Shown here: piece after piece, positions 36,863 through 49,895 of the stretch
Layout of the letters: each line of letters starts with the position of its first letter
Numbering within the stretch: position 1 is the stretch's first letter
NCBI GenBank assembly: GCA_028534125.1
Contig: CM052816.1
Coordinates: 30,940,001-31,004,000 of the forward strand
DNA from: Lama glama
Taxonomy: Eukaryota
Length of the DNA: 64,000 nucleotides
Direction: 5' to 3'
Translations under genes and position numbers: made by a program
The notes under the pieces: model-generated
What the model was told of the DNA's origin: nothing
The model's database searches: none
What the model saw: only the letters and a program-made list of their open reading frames with translations

Positions 36863-37309
36863 GGGAATTCCTGCCATTATTTGGGGCATTCTAACATCCC
36901 GACCTCACATGACAACATTAGATAAGGTATCATACAACAAGTCTAAGTTGATTCTTGGGTTATTTATCTGCCCATCTCCAGCTTTATTTTCCACTTAATG
37001 GATAATTTACACAAAATAAGCATGCTTTACAATGAAAATTCATGTTGGAATTTCTTCTACAGTTGTTAGAAAAACCACATCTACATACTTATTGATATTT
37101 TATTCTAAGTAAAAGTTTAAAATATGAATTTTGCAGCTTTTGAATACTCTAAAATCCAACTGGAAAAAAAAAGAAGCCATATGTGCCAATTAAATCTAGA
37201 TAATCAGAATAAGAAAATTTTACATTATAATTGTTGGATAGGACTGTTTCTTGAAAGGGATATGAAAGTTTCCTAAAAGTGACATTAATATAAGTTTTTT
37301 GAGGAGGAA

Positions 37310-37510
37310 GTAGAATTAGATGTAGAATAGGTAATGAACTAAGGTTTAGGAGCCTTGGGTTCAAAAACTAGATCTTATACTATATATTAATATTCAACCA
37401 AGTAAAGTATTACTTTACCTGTTTGTACTTTAGTTTTTCACCAATAAAGCAAATAGGTTGGTAGTACTAATCATTTGTTTCCCTTCCAGCTTTAAAACTC
37501 TACAATTTTA
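37310..37510 (+). mobile_element. MIR/MIR3 fragment
   Basis: ggagccttgggttcaaa...cttttagtttttcacc-like (acttagtttttcaccaataaa)...cccttccagctttaaaactctacaatttta. Confidence 0.5.
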
Positions 37511-37582
37511 TGTAACTATATTTAGAATAGTTAATAATAGATGTAATATGTTGGAAAATATGGAGAAACAAAAGGTCCAGTT

Positions 37583-37709
37583 TTGTAGTAACCTATAATA
37601 AGAAAGAATGTGAAAATGAATATATATATGTATATGTATGACTGAAACATTATGCTGTACACCAGAAACTGATGCAAGGTAAACTGACTATACTTCAATT
37701 AAAAAAAAA
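37583..37709 (+). mobile_element. Very short 5'-truncated camelid-type L1 3' end
   Basis: gtagtaacctataataagaaagaatgtgaaaatgaatatat...atgactgaaacattatgctgtacaccagaaa...actgactatacttcaattaaaaaaaaa; homologous to 25804-25925. Confidence 0.9.
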
Positions 37710-38269
37710 TTCCATTTTCATCAGAGAATGCACATTTCCACATGTAAACAAGGTTACTAATCTATATCATATACAAAAGACAATAGCACATTGTTTTAAA
37801 CTGGGAACAACTCAATAAATGGATTGCATATTAGTGGCCACAGTGCTAACCATTATAGAAAACACAAAAGTCAGTTAGATTACAATAGAAGAAAGTGCCC
37901 AACAACACAGCATGACATAAAATGTTTCTTTGAGAATAAAAATATTTGCACTGTCTTTTAATTTTAAGTTCCTCAATAATACCACCAAGTCTAATGTCAA
38001 ACTATTCTCCAATCAAATGCCTAGAAATCTGTCAGAGGTGAAGAATGAATATGTGACTTTAATTGCACTATTGAACTCACATACACCTTACAGAAACTGA
38101 ACAGCCTATCAGCTAAAATATAAATTTGTTGTATCTTAAAAAAAGTAATAACTATCAACATGAACTTGGAAGAGTTGAGGCATAAGTTAATACCTAAATA
38201 TCTAAAAAACTTCATTTAAATTTTATTGAGCATGTAGAGGCTTTAAAAAAAGTATCATTAAAATCAATA

Positions 38270-39925
38270 GGAATAAGTAAGTTCAACTTCTGGTCATGGT
38301 GGATGACTGAATTGGTCACACAAAATGCTAGAGATAACAATGATAAAAATACTAGATTAATATAAACAAACACAATATTAGGACCCTGGAAAGTATTCAG
38401 AAGCATATATAAGGCTGAAGAGAGTTTAATTTTAATTTTGAAAAATTAAAGTGGAATGGGTAAGAGTTCATGCTTTACTAGCCATGAGGTACTGACCAAG
38501 CTCCACAGCTAGAACTAACGCTGCAGAAAATAGAGGGGAAAAAATGCAGCCATAATGGCTAAAGATATTAGAAATTAGAGTTTAGGGCTGGAAAAGCAGC
38601 TGAAATTTAGAGGGGTTAATCTTGGCAGCAAGCCAACCTCAGAAGGCATGACACCCAAATTCACAGCTTAAAATACATAAATCCCTGGCTGATAGCAAAA
38701 TTACACATGAGCAAGGGAAACCAATGAGGCTCGGTGAAAAAGATGGAAAAAACAGATTTTTGAATTTGTGATGCTATTATTAACTGAGTTAACTCATCAA
38801 TCATTTGAAGCCTGAGTGGGAGAAAGATGAATCTGGACAAGCTTGACTGTCAACAGTATAGAGTCCAAAGCCAGCACAGCCACTATCATTTAAGAGGGAA
38901 TCCTTAGAAGCAAAGAAACATTAAAAGGGGTGAGCACCAAACTAAGCCTAAATCCTTGGGCTAACTGCCATATTTGACAGGCAAAGGGAGACTCACAGGG
39001 GTTTCAGGTTAATAAAACAGCAATGGGAAGCTATAAGCTGTATAATATACAGAAGATAACATTTGCAGTTTCAATTCAAGCAAACCTACTGGATCAAAAA
39101 ACCAAGGTCCTTTAAAGAATATGCAGAACTCAGAGTTACTTCAACATATAATCTATAATGTCCAGTTTTCAACCAAAAATTTCTAGACATGCAAAGAGAC
39201 AGGAAATGATACCTACACTCAGGAAAAAATGTAATCTGGGCTCAGATGCTGAATTTAACAGATGAAACAATTCAAAGAAGCTATGATAAAATTTGAAGAA
39301 AATATGCTATTAGTGAGTGAATATAGAGGAAATCTCAAGAGAAAAATGGAAACAACTGAAAAAAAAAAAAAGGAGACTCTAGATACAACTGAAATAAAAC
39401 ATTCCCAAATGAGCACAACAAAGTGGAGATGGAAGGGGAAAAATCAGTATAGCTGAAATTGGATTAACAGAAATAACCGTATCCAAGGGTAAGAGAGAAG
39501 AAAGGCTGAAGTAAAATGATCAGAACATCAAAAATTTGTAAGACAATATGAAATGATCCAACATGTGTAACTGGAATTTTAATAGGACAGGTGATAAAAG
39601 GGAAGAAAAAACCATCCACACACATCATAGCTAAAAAATTTCTAAACTTGATGGAAAATAGCAGGTTAAGGCCCAAGAAATTCAATAAAATCTAAGCAGG
39701 ATAAAGACAAGGAAAATTTAAACTAAAAATAACTTTGTCAAACTTCTGACGGCCAAAGATGAAAAATAAATCTTGAAAGGGGCCAGAGAAATTCCATAAA
39801 GGGGAAAATGATAAGACTGACAGTTTAGAAACTTCTCCAGAAACTAGGGAGCCAAAGAAAATGAAACAACATACTCACAGTACAGAAACCAAGAATTCTA
39901 TTTCAAGGAAGACCAATTCTTCAAT
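38270..39925 (+). mobile_element. Ancient L1M 5'UTR/ORF1 relic
   Basis: acttctggtcatggtggatg start; aatgtccagttttcaaccaaaaatttctagacatgcaaagagacaggaaa; atagctaaaaaatttctaaacttgatggaaa; aaaatcttgaaagg. Confidence 0.7.
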
Positions 39926-39929
39926 AATA

Positions 39930-40630
39930 AAAGTACCAACACACATTTGCTAGAATGGCAAATTATAAAGACTGATAATATCAAGTGTTACTGAAGAGGA
40001 AAAACTGAAAGCTTCCTACTTTGCTGGTGAGAATGTAAAATGGTACAGCCACTTTGGAAGAGTACAGCAATTAAAAAAAAAATTAAACATAAACTTACCA
40101 TATAACCCACCAATTCTACCCCTGGGCTTTAATATTAAGAAAAATGAAAACGTGTTTCCATACAAAGACTTCTGTATGAAGATTACAAAAGCATTATTCA
40201 TAATAGTCCTAAACTGGAAAAAATCCAAATGACTATCCACTGTTGAAGGGATAAACACAATAGGATACATTCAGACAATGGAATACTATTTCACACGAGA
40301 AAGTTACCAACCACTGATATATTCCACAACAGCAAGGAACCTCAAAAACATTTTGCTAAGTGAAAGAATTCGGACAAACCATAGATGATTCCATTTATAT
40401 GAAATTTCCAGAAAAGACAAATCTATATACACAGAAAGCAGGTCAGTCACTGCCTAATGCTGTGTGCAAGGACTGACTGCAAATGTCCCGAAGGGAACTT
40501 TTAAGGATGATGCAAATATTCTAGAATCGGACTCTGGTGATGGTGCCACAAGTGCAAAAATTTGCAACAAATTATTAAATTTTATACTCATGATGGGTAA
40601 ACTTTATGGCATGTAAATATTTTTTTAAAA
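39930..40630 (+). mobile_element. L1MB/MC-type ORF2 end plus 3'UTR
   Basis: ttgctggtgagaatgtaaaatggtacagccactttggaa...aacctcaaaaacattttgctaagtgaaaga...gattccatttatatgaaat...tggtgatggt...actttatggcatgtaaat. Confidence 0.88.
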
Positions 40631-40777
40631 AAGGGTTTGATATAAGACTAGAAAAATTTAGTTTCCTTACAAATGAAAATGTGGTAGTTTACAGCATATA
40701 ATTGCTGATTCTCAACACGACTAAAATATAAAACTTCAAGAACGATCCAGATCTTATTTGTTTATTCTATAATATGT

Positions 40778-40870
40778 CTTTTTTTTAAATTGAAGCATAG
40801 TCAATTACAATGTGTCAATATGTACTGCACATTGTCCTGGTCATGGATCTACATATATATTCCTTTTCTA
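40778..40870 (-). mobile_element. Short camelid-type L1 3' end
   Basis: ttttttttaaattgaagcatagtcaattacaatgtgtcaat...gtactgcacattgtcctggtcatg is the reverse of the 25.85-25.92 kb terminus. Confidence 0.75.
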
Positions 40871-41117
40871 TACTATATCTTAATATCACACTGATTTCAA
40901 AGGGAGCCTTATAAGCTGAAATGGATTCTTTAAGATTCTTAAAAATTTGCATTTTATGTATAACATGCAAAACTAATATTCTCATCCATCTTCTATTTAA
41001 ATTTAAAAATTACTCAAATCATAATATAATACTTCATTCACCTTAGACCTAGGTTTTATCACAGAACCATGGAACTATCAAATATTCAACAGGACTTAAA
41101 ACAAAAATAAAATACAG

Positions 41118-41260
41118 TATTAATTCAATCAACAAATATTTACATAGCATCAGTAAGATACCAGGCAATGGGGGGCACTGGAGGTATAATGATGAGTAAA
41201 AACACAGATGGTTCCTTTGTACATGCAGATTTCTAATTCTAGTGAACAAATATAAAACAA
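41118..41260 (-). mobile_element. L2 3' end
   Basis: attcaatcaacaaatatttacatagcatcagtaagataccaggcaatgggggcactgg-like. Confidence 0.7.
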
Positions 41261-41709
41261 TTTCCCTACCAACGCCCTCATACAGATTAATGACTTAATT
41301 GAGCAGTAAGAATTTATGGACTATTTCTCAATGAAAAAATATTGGTTCAACTTGCAAAAAAAAAAAAAAAAGAGGGGTGAATTATACTTTCAGACTTAGT
41401 CTCCTCACAGAACCTGGACTAAAGGATAGAAAAGACCATAATTAAGGGACCAGACCTGGAGACAAAGTTTAAAATGTTTTGCTCTTTAAAAATGTACAAT
41501 AAACAGGAGATTAACAGTAAAATCAGTTCCACAGGCTTGTAACGATGTTTCTAATAAATGCTTTCCTTTAAAAAAAATCTAAAAATGAATTTAGCACTTA
41601 GAAACATAAAAATGCTTTTAAGCAATTAGGCAAGGAGCACCAATTGGAATACCTTCATTCTTAGGGCTATGCTGAGTGCCTTATTTTAATCAGATGACTT
41701 CAAGTGCTG

Positions 41710-42112
41710 CCTTTTTAGTCATTTCAGTCTGGCTTCACCTCACCTCCCTGCCTCCATGCCAGCGATTATGAACATCTTTCAGAGTTTCCTATAATATATT
41801 ATTGTCTCTTCAGGGTTTCTGAGCTTGCAGTTCCCACTGCCCATAACCCTCTCCAAATCCCTTCTCTCTCTCTGGCTCTGACTGACCCTTCCAGTTTCAG
41901 CTCATGTCTCAGCTTGGATCTTTCCTGGACCAGGTTAAGGCTCCCTAGACTGTGTGCTGCATGCACCAGGAGCTTCCCCTTCCCAGAACTCATAAAATTT
42001 CTAATTATAAATGTGATGCCTGATTCACCAAAATATTTGCAAATATATTTTTAGAGCCTAAGAAAGACTCTAGCATCTAGTTTGGAACACAATTGTCATT
42101 TGTTGAATAAAT
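41710..42112 (+). mobile_element. L2 fragment
   Basis: Pyrimidine-rich body (ttgcagttcccactgcc...ccttccagtttcagctcatgtc...tttcctggacc) ending atttgttgaataaatt. Confidence 0.6.
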
Positions 42113-42363
42113 TACATTCAGGTAAAATATGGATAAAGCATACTCATTTCCTGCTTTACATTTTACTTTATAATGAAAACTTTCTTCTCTGGTATATAAA
42201 TTTAACTACTTTTACATTCCTCGTTACTAAATAAGTAGAAATCCTTTTGTTTCTAAAGTAGTTCCTAGATTTCCTCACATTTTATCCTGTTTTTTTCTTT
42301 TTAAGAAAAATAATATTTAATATATAAAATACAGTAAAAGATGTCAACTTAAAAGAACTAAGA

Positions 42364-42530
42364 GGAAGGCAGGTAATAGCTCAAATAGCTTAAGTGGTAG
42401 AGCGCATGCTTAGCATGCACATCGTCCTGAGCTCAATCCCCAGTATCTCCATCAAAAAAAGAATTAAACAAATAAACCTAATTACCTCCAACCCCCGCCC
42501 CCAAAAATCCCTAAAAAATAATACAAAAAA
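42364..42530 (+). mobile_element. tRNA(Ala)-derived camelid SINE (vic-1-like), long form
   Basis: tagcttaagtggtagagcgcatgcttagcatgcac...gtcctgagctcaatccccagtatctcca plus A-rich linker, aataaacctaattacctcc and a C-rich tail. TSD aaaagaactaaga (42351-42363) / aaaagaaataaga (42527-42539) at a TT/AAAA site. Confidence 0.9.
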
Positions 42531-44744
42531 GAAATAAGAAACACAGACTAAAACAACACAAAATACTATTAAATATTTTACATAGTCTCATCAAGAGTAT
42601 TCTGCCAATATCAATCTACTACAATACTCATAATGTAAAAAAACTCTAAATGTCATTTTCTTTTGAATTCTAGTTTCTTCTGTGAACAAAAGGTCAAATG
42701 AATAACTGAGATAATTTCTTATAAGATTATCTTTCTGTCCAGCCTCATGTTCCTAAATAGATGTTAAAATTCACTCATTAAACATTGTGTCAACTTTATG
42801 ACTACCAGTAGACTCTTCTTCTATTTCTAAAAACATATTCCCATTTAACTAGATGAGTCAATGAGTCAATGTAACACCATTTGGAATGTAAGTGTTTGAT
42901 AGCCTAATGGATGCGGAAACTATAAATGTTAACCAAAATAATTCTAATCTATGTTACAGGTTTCTTTGTTTTTACCAAGAAGGATATCAGGATGAATAAA
43001 TTTCCAAATTAAACTATTAAAATTTAATCCCAGTGCTCAAAACTAACTTTTCTTAAGATCTACATAAATTTTATTTTTTCACAATTTTGGGGAATATTTT
43101 CATGAGAACAAAGAGGTTTCAATTAGATTTAACTATCACTAGAGAATAAAACAAGGCAATTTCTTCTTAATTGCATTCTACACCCTCCCCCCAACTCCTT
43201 AATACCCCAGGGAGCATTGACATTTTTTTCCTCCTTTCACCACATCTCTGTTTGGAATCATCACACACTAGTCAGTGCTGACTGATGCTCTGAGGCTTAC
43301 CCACATCCACCATGCTCCTAAAGGACATGCCCAGATCTATGGACTCAGTACATCATTTCACAAACCTGCTACACAGGTTTTACTATTATTATTATTTTTT
43401 CTGGTTGAACTGTCTTTCTATCTATCTACTTATTTTTCCTCTGGCAAGATAAACTCTGGGAAAATAAAGAACTCTAAAAATTCACCCTTATTTTTTTCTT
43501 GACTTACTACCCATTTAATCAAAGAATGGTGGCTAGAACCAAAATATAACATCAAAAACTAATTGTTTTGGGGACCACCTCAAAAAGAATTTACTAAATT
43601 GAGAGTACAAAAAATATTTTTAAATTTAGGAACAATTTTACAAAAACAGGGGCTATTTTGTTAACTTTCAAAAGGCAACAGTGTAACTTTCTATCTCTGC
43701 ATAGCCCAAGGTCAAGAGATGCAAGTGTCTATACTTTTTTGAACTTTAAACACTGGTAACTAGTACTATAAATCTAAGAACTTTTCTTCATAGCATTTCT
43801 AAGGAATCTCGAAAACATATGCTCTCACCAGGAGTCTGTGACTAACTAGCTATAAACATCAGTAACTACACAACCAAGAATATCCTCAGCTGTAAGACAA
43901 AGGGACTAGTGTTTAATTAGGACAGTGCCTTTAAAACGAACAAATAAAAAACTTACAGACTACCATAGGAGAGTAGGTAGGTTAAAGTTGCTTGAAAACA
44001 TTAACAACCAAAGGTACCACAAATTTAAAACTACAACTGTTCAGTTGATACTATAGATTTACTTACGAAATTACTGAGTATATTTGAAAATCTGCAATAA
44101 CAGATGAATGTCATACTATCTTTTCAGTGTATAAATAATGCTTGGGTTGCATATGGGTCCATGGATCCTCAGTAGTAAGTCCACTCTTCTTTTTCTCACA
44201 GAGTCCAAAGCCCCAAGCTCAGAAACTCTGATCTATACTGGTATTTTCCTATCGTCTCAAAACACTGCCGAAGTTTATGATTCTATAATGCCTATAATTC
44301 CTATGATTCTCTTCCAAACAGGAACAAAATGGAATAAAAGAGTCAAAAGGCAAAGATAAATAGTCACCTTTCAGTTGTTCACTCCTTACGGCCTTAGAGT
44401 TCCTTTGCCTCCTGGTTGAATGCCCCGTAACTCAAATAAATCTTCACTCCTGAAGAACATGAATGGAGTACAGTATGTCCAAGCAACTCAGGACCTGGAT
44501 CTGTTATCTGAGACTGTGGTACCTGATTGTGCTTTAAAGGTAACTATAGATGACTTCAAAATGCACTGTTATGTCGTACTATCTAAACCATCCCTTCCAG
44601 GAGGTTTCTACTGCTGAAGAACCAAGAATAGCTCCCAGCTGTCTACATGGGAAGCTTCAGTTTTGATGCCTGGCTTCCAAAGTTAGCATAATCTGGGTTC
44701 CAGCCCTACATTCAAACAAATTTGCCATAGCCTTGAGACCACAA

Positions 44745-45035
44745 CTTGAGAAAGACAGTACGAAAAGGGAAAACCAGAGAATAATTTCATTCCTTAACAC
44801 ATACACACACACAAAAAATGTTAAGTAAACTATCATTAGAATACTATCAAATCCACTGGTGTATTAAAAAAATAAAATACCAGAATTAAGTGAGTTTATC
44901 CAAGAATAAGATGATGGTTCAACAAAAGAAAAATAATCAACATAATTCATTACTTCATAAAATAAGAAGCAGATATCACATGATGTAAAATCCTAAGATT
45001 GCTTCAACAGATGCTGAAAAGTATTTGGCATTTTT
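44745..45035 (+). mobile_element. Ancient L1 ORF2 reverse-transcriptase relic
   Basis: Decayed KKENYRPISL...QVGFI...GWFNI (gatggttcaac)...IDAEKAF (acagatgctgaaaagtattt). Confidence 0.7.
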
Positions 45036-45042
45036 AGTAGCT

Positions 45043-45480
45043 ATTTGTTTTAGTTTCCCAAGGCTGTTGTAACAAATTACCGCAAACTTGATGGCTTAAA
45101 CAACAGGAATTTACTCACTCATAAAACCTAAAAACAGTTTCATTGGGCCAAAATAAAGGTGTCGGCAGGGCTGTGCTCCCTCTAGGAATCCGCTTCTTGC
45201 CTATTCCAGCTTCGATGGCAGCCAGTATTCCTTGCCTGGTGGCCGGATCCCTCCAGCCCCTGCCTTGGGGAGACCATCAACTTCTCCTACGTATGCCTGT
45301 GTCAAATCTCCTCTGCCTCTCCATTTTTTATTGTGTTTAGGGCCCACTCAAATAATCCAGAATAATCTATCCCAAGGTATTTAACTTAATCAAATCTGCC
45401 AAGACCCTTTTCCTTCTAAGGTAACATTTAGAAGGTCTGCAGATTAGCACCTGCTATCTCTGGGGACCCATTATTCTTCA
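45043..45480 (-). mobile_element. MaLR LTR (MLT1C-like)
   Basis: tagtttcccaaggctgttgtaacaaattaccgcaaacttgatggcttaaacaacaggaattt...ggtgtcggcagggctgtgctccct...ttagggcccactcaaataatccagaataatct. Confidence 0.85.
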
Positions 45481-45517
45481 AATAAAAAAACAAAAAAACA
45501 AACAAAACATCTTTACT

Positions 45518-45887
45518 ATCTGTTAGTTTGCTAGGGCTGCCGTAACAAGCTGTTACGTACTTGGTGGCTTAAACAACAGAAATTTATTTTCTCACAGTTC
45601 TAGAAGTCCAAGATCATGGTGCCAGCAGGCCTGGTTTCTACTGAGGCCTCTCCCCTTGGCTTACTGATGGCCGCCTTCTTACTCTGTCCTCCCGTGGCCT
45701 TTTCTCTTTGTTTGTGCTCCCTGATGACTCTTTCTCTTCTTATAAGGACATCCCACATATTGGGACCCACCCTCATAACCTCATTTAACCCTAATTACTC
45801 TTAAAGGTCCTATCTCCAAATACAATCACATTAGGGGCAAGAGCTTCAGTGTATAAACTTAGCTGGAGCAGAATGCAGTCCGTAACG
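45518..45887 (-). mobile_element. MaLR LTR (MLT1A-like)
   Basis: ttagtttgctagggctgccgtaaca...ggcttaaacaacagaaatttattttctcacagttctagaagtccaagatc...ggcctctccccttggctt...catttaaccctaattac...cagtccgtaac. Confidence 0.88.
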
Positions 45888-47959
45888 CTCTAAGAAGGTT
45901 AATGGCAGGGAAGAGTCAGGGCCCTGTTCAAGATTAGCTGGGATTTTCTACTGACAAAAGACTGAATGTAAGCTCTGTTTGACCCCGTATTACTTTACTA
46001 AGACTGGGTCTAAACAGTTCTCATAATATCTATTCTTTCTTCTACCCTGTCTCAGCAAAAGACTGCTTCCTAGAAATACGGTTCCACCTCCCCAGCTTCT
46101 TGAGAATGTATGCCACACCTCGACCAGGGACGCTCCCTCCCACAGCTAGCCCGTGTACTGCTGCTAAAGTTCCAATTAAAGAACTGCTGGATTTGCTTAC
46201 CAAGTTGGGTCAGTTTATTTAGAAAACTGTGTTCTGTTGTCATTAGCAAGTATCCTTAGAAGCTCTGCAAGTCAAAACTATTTTTTGAGAAAAATGATAA
46301 ACAACTCAAATCTACAAAGTACTCAATAACTGTAGAGTTCACTGTTAAGCAGCTGATTTTGGGTGACAGAATCAGATGGGTTTTTTCTTCTTCCTTATAC
46401 TTGTCTGTTATTTTTCCAAATCATCTATACTGATCATCTATTACCTTCAGAATTTAACACCCCTTTCATAAATATATGTATCTTTGTGTTTTTAAGGGCT
46501 GTTTAATAACTATGCTTACTTGGAAGGATCTGTAAAAGGATCAATTAAAATCCATCCTCTGCACATCGCTCCCAGCCCAAAGCCTTCTGAGTCCTCCAAT
46601 ACTAATTTAACAAGTTCCACCTTTTTTTGGACTAAAGATATGGTGCAGGAATTATAGAATACAATAAAACTATGAATAAAATTATAATTTAGAACCTCCA
46701 TGTTTAATTTATATCCACTTTAGAAAGTTCTATCTAGACGTGTAACATTTACTGGTGATTAACCATGAAGACTGTTACAACTTTTGTAAAAGTATGAATC
46801 TTAGATAAAAATATAATCTAATATTTTTAAAACTGTTTCTATGAGAACATCAGATTTGCCTTAGGTTTGTACCGACAGCATGAGAACAAAACTTTCTGGT
46901 TCAGGTAAATATTAATGCATGCTACGTGCACGTTATGTGATCAGCTTCTCCCTCTTGCGGTGTAGATAACTGAGAAGTAAAATAATCTTCTGAATTAACA
47001 CAAGCACAACAGAAAATATTACTAACAAAAAATATGTAAAAACTCAAATGTTCTCCTCAATGTAAGATCTTCTGATCAGTTTACTATCTACCCTTTTTCC
47101 AGTAATAAAAACTTTACATAACAGTTCAAAATGTAAATCAAAGGAAATAGAATTTCTTTAATGTTAAAAATGCTTCTTTTGTATGTAAAAACATTGTATC
47201 AAGAACACTGGATGCTGTGTTCTTTTATGATTAAGCCTCTAATCTAATTGTAGAAAATTATCAGTGCTGTAATGGTCTGGGCTGTCTTACTTCAGAACAG
47301 CTGTCCCCTTGCTATCGAATTCTGTAAATGATAAGGCTTTTCCTTTCCCACAGGAGCAACTTCAAGAGCAGCTTTTCTAGTCTGACCGCTCTATTAAGAA
47401 GGAAAGATACTGTTTTTCTTCTAGGTACTCAGTATATCTTCTAATATTCATACCAAAAATATTCCTCACAAAGGAAATCTTCATTTGGAAAAAAACACAC
47501 TCTGGATTAATCTAAATAGTTAGGCAATCTTAAAATAATGATTATAAACAAACGAGAATAAGGAAAAAAGCCATTCATTTTTAAATATAGAATATAGTTG
47601 CATAAACAAAATTGTATAATCTTCACTTTAAAAAATTGCTCCCTTTTATAAAACTCAGTTGTAGCAGGACATCACTTAATATTATTTTCTAACATATTCC
47701 CCTGAACTAAATGAACTTGACCATAACGCACCAATATTAGCTGTAACATTTAGCTACAACACTTACAATATTCTGAGGAATTATCTTTAATGTAAATAAA
47801 CTTTATCCATATACTTAGATCTTTATTACATGCTGACTATACAATATAATTTTTCATTTCTTTTTTCATATTCCATAACAATTTTGATACCATTCACAGA
47901 ATCAACCACTATTTCTTTTCATTTACATATTTTAAGGCGTATAGATGGATCTTTTATTG

Positions 47960-48172
47960 AATTTTTTTATTGATGTATAGTAAGTTTACAATGTGTCAAT
48001 TTCTGGTGGACAGCATGTTTCAGTCATACATACACATACATAAATTTGCTTTCATATTTTTTTCATTATAGGTTATAGAAAGATATTGAATATAGTTCCC
48101 TGTGCTATGCAGAAGAAACTTGCTATATATCTATTTTACATATGGTAGTTAGTATCTGCAAATCTTGAATCT
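47960..48172 (-). mobile_element. Camelid-type L1 3' end
   Basis: tttttttattgatgtatagtaagtttacaatgtgtcaatttctggtggacagc...aatatagttccctgtgctatgcagaagaaact; reverse homolog of 25715-25925. Confidence 0.9.
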
Positions 48173-48619
48173 AAAATGAAGCCAATGGCAAAATTAGAGA
48201 GAGCAAAAGTAGAATTATGGCATATCCATAAAATACACTCTCTCTCCAAGAAACCAAAGTAAGCAAAAACTACATTAAGGATTGTTTAATCACCCAAACT
48301 ATTAAGAAAAATGAGGATGCATCTCGACCAGCATAAAAAGCTGTGCAGAAAAGACCTTCAATATTTCAACCATTTTCCAGTCCAGTAACTGGTATTAATA
48401 AGCAGGAGTGGAGGTACAGGAAATCTACTTCACTTACCTTTTACATTGGGTTATAGAATAGGATCATATTTCTCCTAAATAATATGATAAAAGTTTGCTG
48501 ACAAGGTGATACATACTTCGCTGAGTACAATTCCATGTTATATATATCAAGGCCTGGGGTCCCTGAGGCCATAATTTAAGCACAGATAAATGGGGAAATG
48601 GAAACACTAAAAAAGGAAA

Positions 48620-48850
48620 GGATCAGAGATTCCCAGATACCAATGCAATTCAATACTGACCACCTATTGTTGCTTGTTTTTGAAGGTCCCAAAGAACAAC
48701 TTGAACAAACTACTTCATTTCAGTAACAAACTACTTTGTTACTGCTTCAAAATGGCAGTATTATCTATCTCATTCAGTTGCAAAGATCAAATGAGGTGAT
48801 ATGGAAAGTGCCTATAACAGAGCACACACCCAAAGAATGGCTATTAATTC
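48620..48850 (+). mobile_element. MIR fragment
   Basis: cttgaacaaactacttcattt...aaaatggcagtattatctatctcattcagttgcaaagatcaaatgaggtgatatggaaagtgcctataacag. Confidence 0.55.
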
Positions 48851-49727
48851 CAGTATTTTTATTAATTAACAAAACCAAAGTGTTTCCTTTCTTTGGTGAC
48901 AGTATAAAAATTTCTTGTTTTCAAAAATTTAATTCCTAAGTCTGCAAAACAGCTCAGCATTTGTTCATTAATATAGATGATAAATTTTATGACACTGGGT
49001 GCTGGAATTTTGAAGTAAATTACTCATTGTCTAGCTCACAAATATTAATTAAGGTCAGACTGTAATTACATCTTCTAATTCACTTGTTCATTTTCAAATC
49101 TCTTCATAGTTCCACTTTCTAGGAAGTTTGCTTCACTTAGGCAACACAAAGGTCCAAGAAGCAATAACTAAAGCTTTAAAGAAGAAATCTGACTCTATAA
49201 AGTCCAAATCAGACAGAAAAAAGCATTCAGACACTCATAATAATCAACTATAGTTTAGTCTTCTCTATATACTGGACTACTATTTTCTGTATAATAAGAT
49301 TCTATTTCTACAGAATGAGTTAGGGTTTAGTATTTCCATAAAAGCAGGTATTTTCTGAATAGGAAAATGTGAAACTCAATCCAAAATTTGTTTTCAATTA
49401 TTCTACTCTATGAAAAGAAATACATGTAAAATATGAAAAATTCCTTCTTTCCTCCTTTAATAATGAATTCAAGTATATAAATATTAAGCCTCTGTAAAGC
49501 ATCATTCACATTTACTCAGTGACACTGCATTTGCTTTAAAATATGAATTCACATAAAAAAGAAATACCACTGTATTATGAAAAGGCCACAAATTTTCTGG
49601 ACTGTGAAAATAAGACTGATAAACACACGTGGTATCTTCATTCCTCTAGAGGTATGTGCTGTATATCAAGGAAATGAGATGGCAGACTTCACTCAATGTA
49701 AAAGACCTCCGAAGAGCTTTCAAACCC

Positions 49728-49895
49728 ACTCGTCCTTAACCCTTCTTGGCTCACAGACTCGACAGTTTGCATAACTGCTCCAGACCTCTTCTCAGGGGGA
49801 AAAAATGTGTATGCACATATACATACAATGTAGCAGACAATTCTGGAGCTTCTTAGACCTTCTCAAGACAGAACCCATAGTGGTTAAGGTTCCTT
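49728..49895. mobile_element. hAT-Charlie-type MITE (same family as 13.2 kb, inverted)
   Basis: ccttaacccttcttggctcacagac...cagacctcttctcagggggaaaaaatgtgtatgcacatatac...ccatagtggttaagg. Confidence 0.45.

Noticed and set aside
42375..42451. Possible functional tRNA-Ala genes (also 5269-5341)
   Set aside because: Mutated stems and boxes, A-rich tails and TSDs identify them as SINE copies.
45043..45887. Two adjacent same-orientation MLT1 LTRs as one provirus
   Set aside because: They look like different subfamilies and are separated by only about 40 bp with no internal region; independent solo LTRs.
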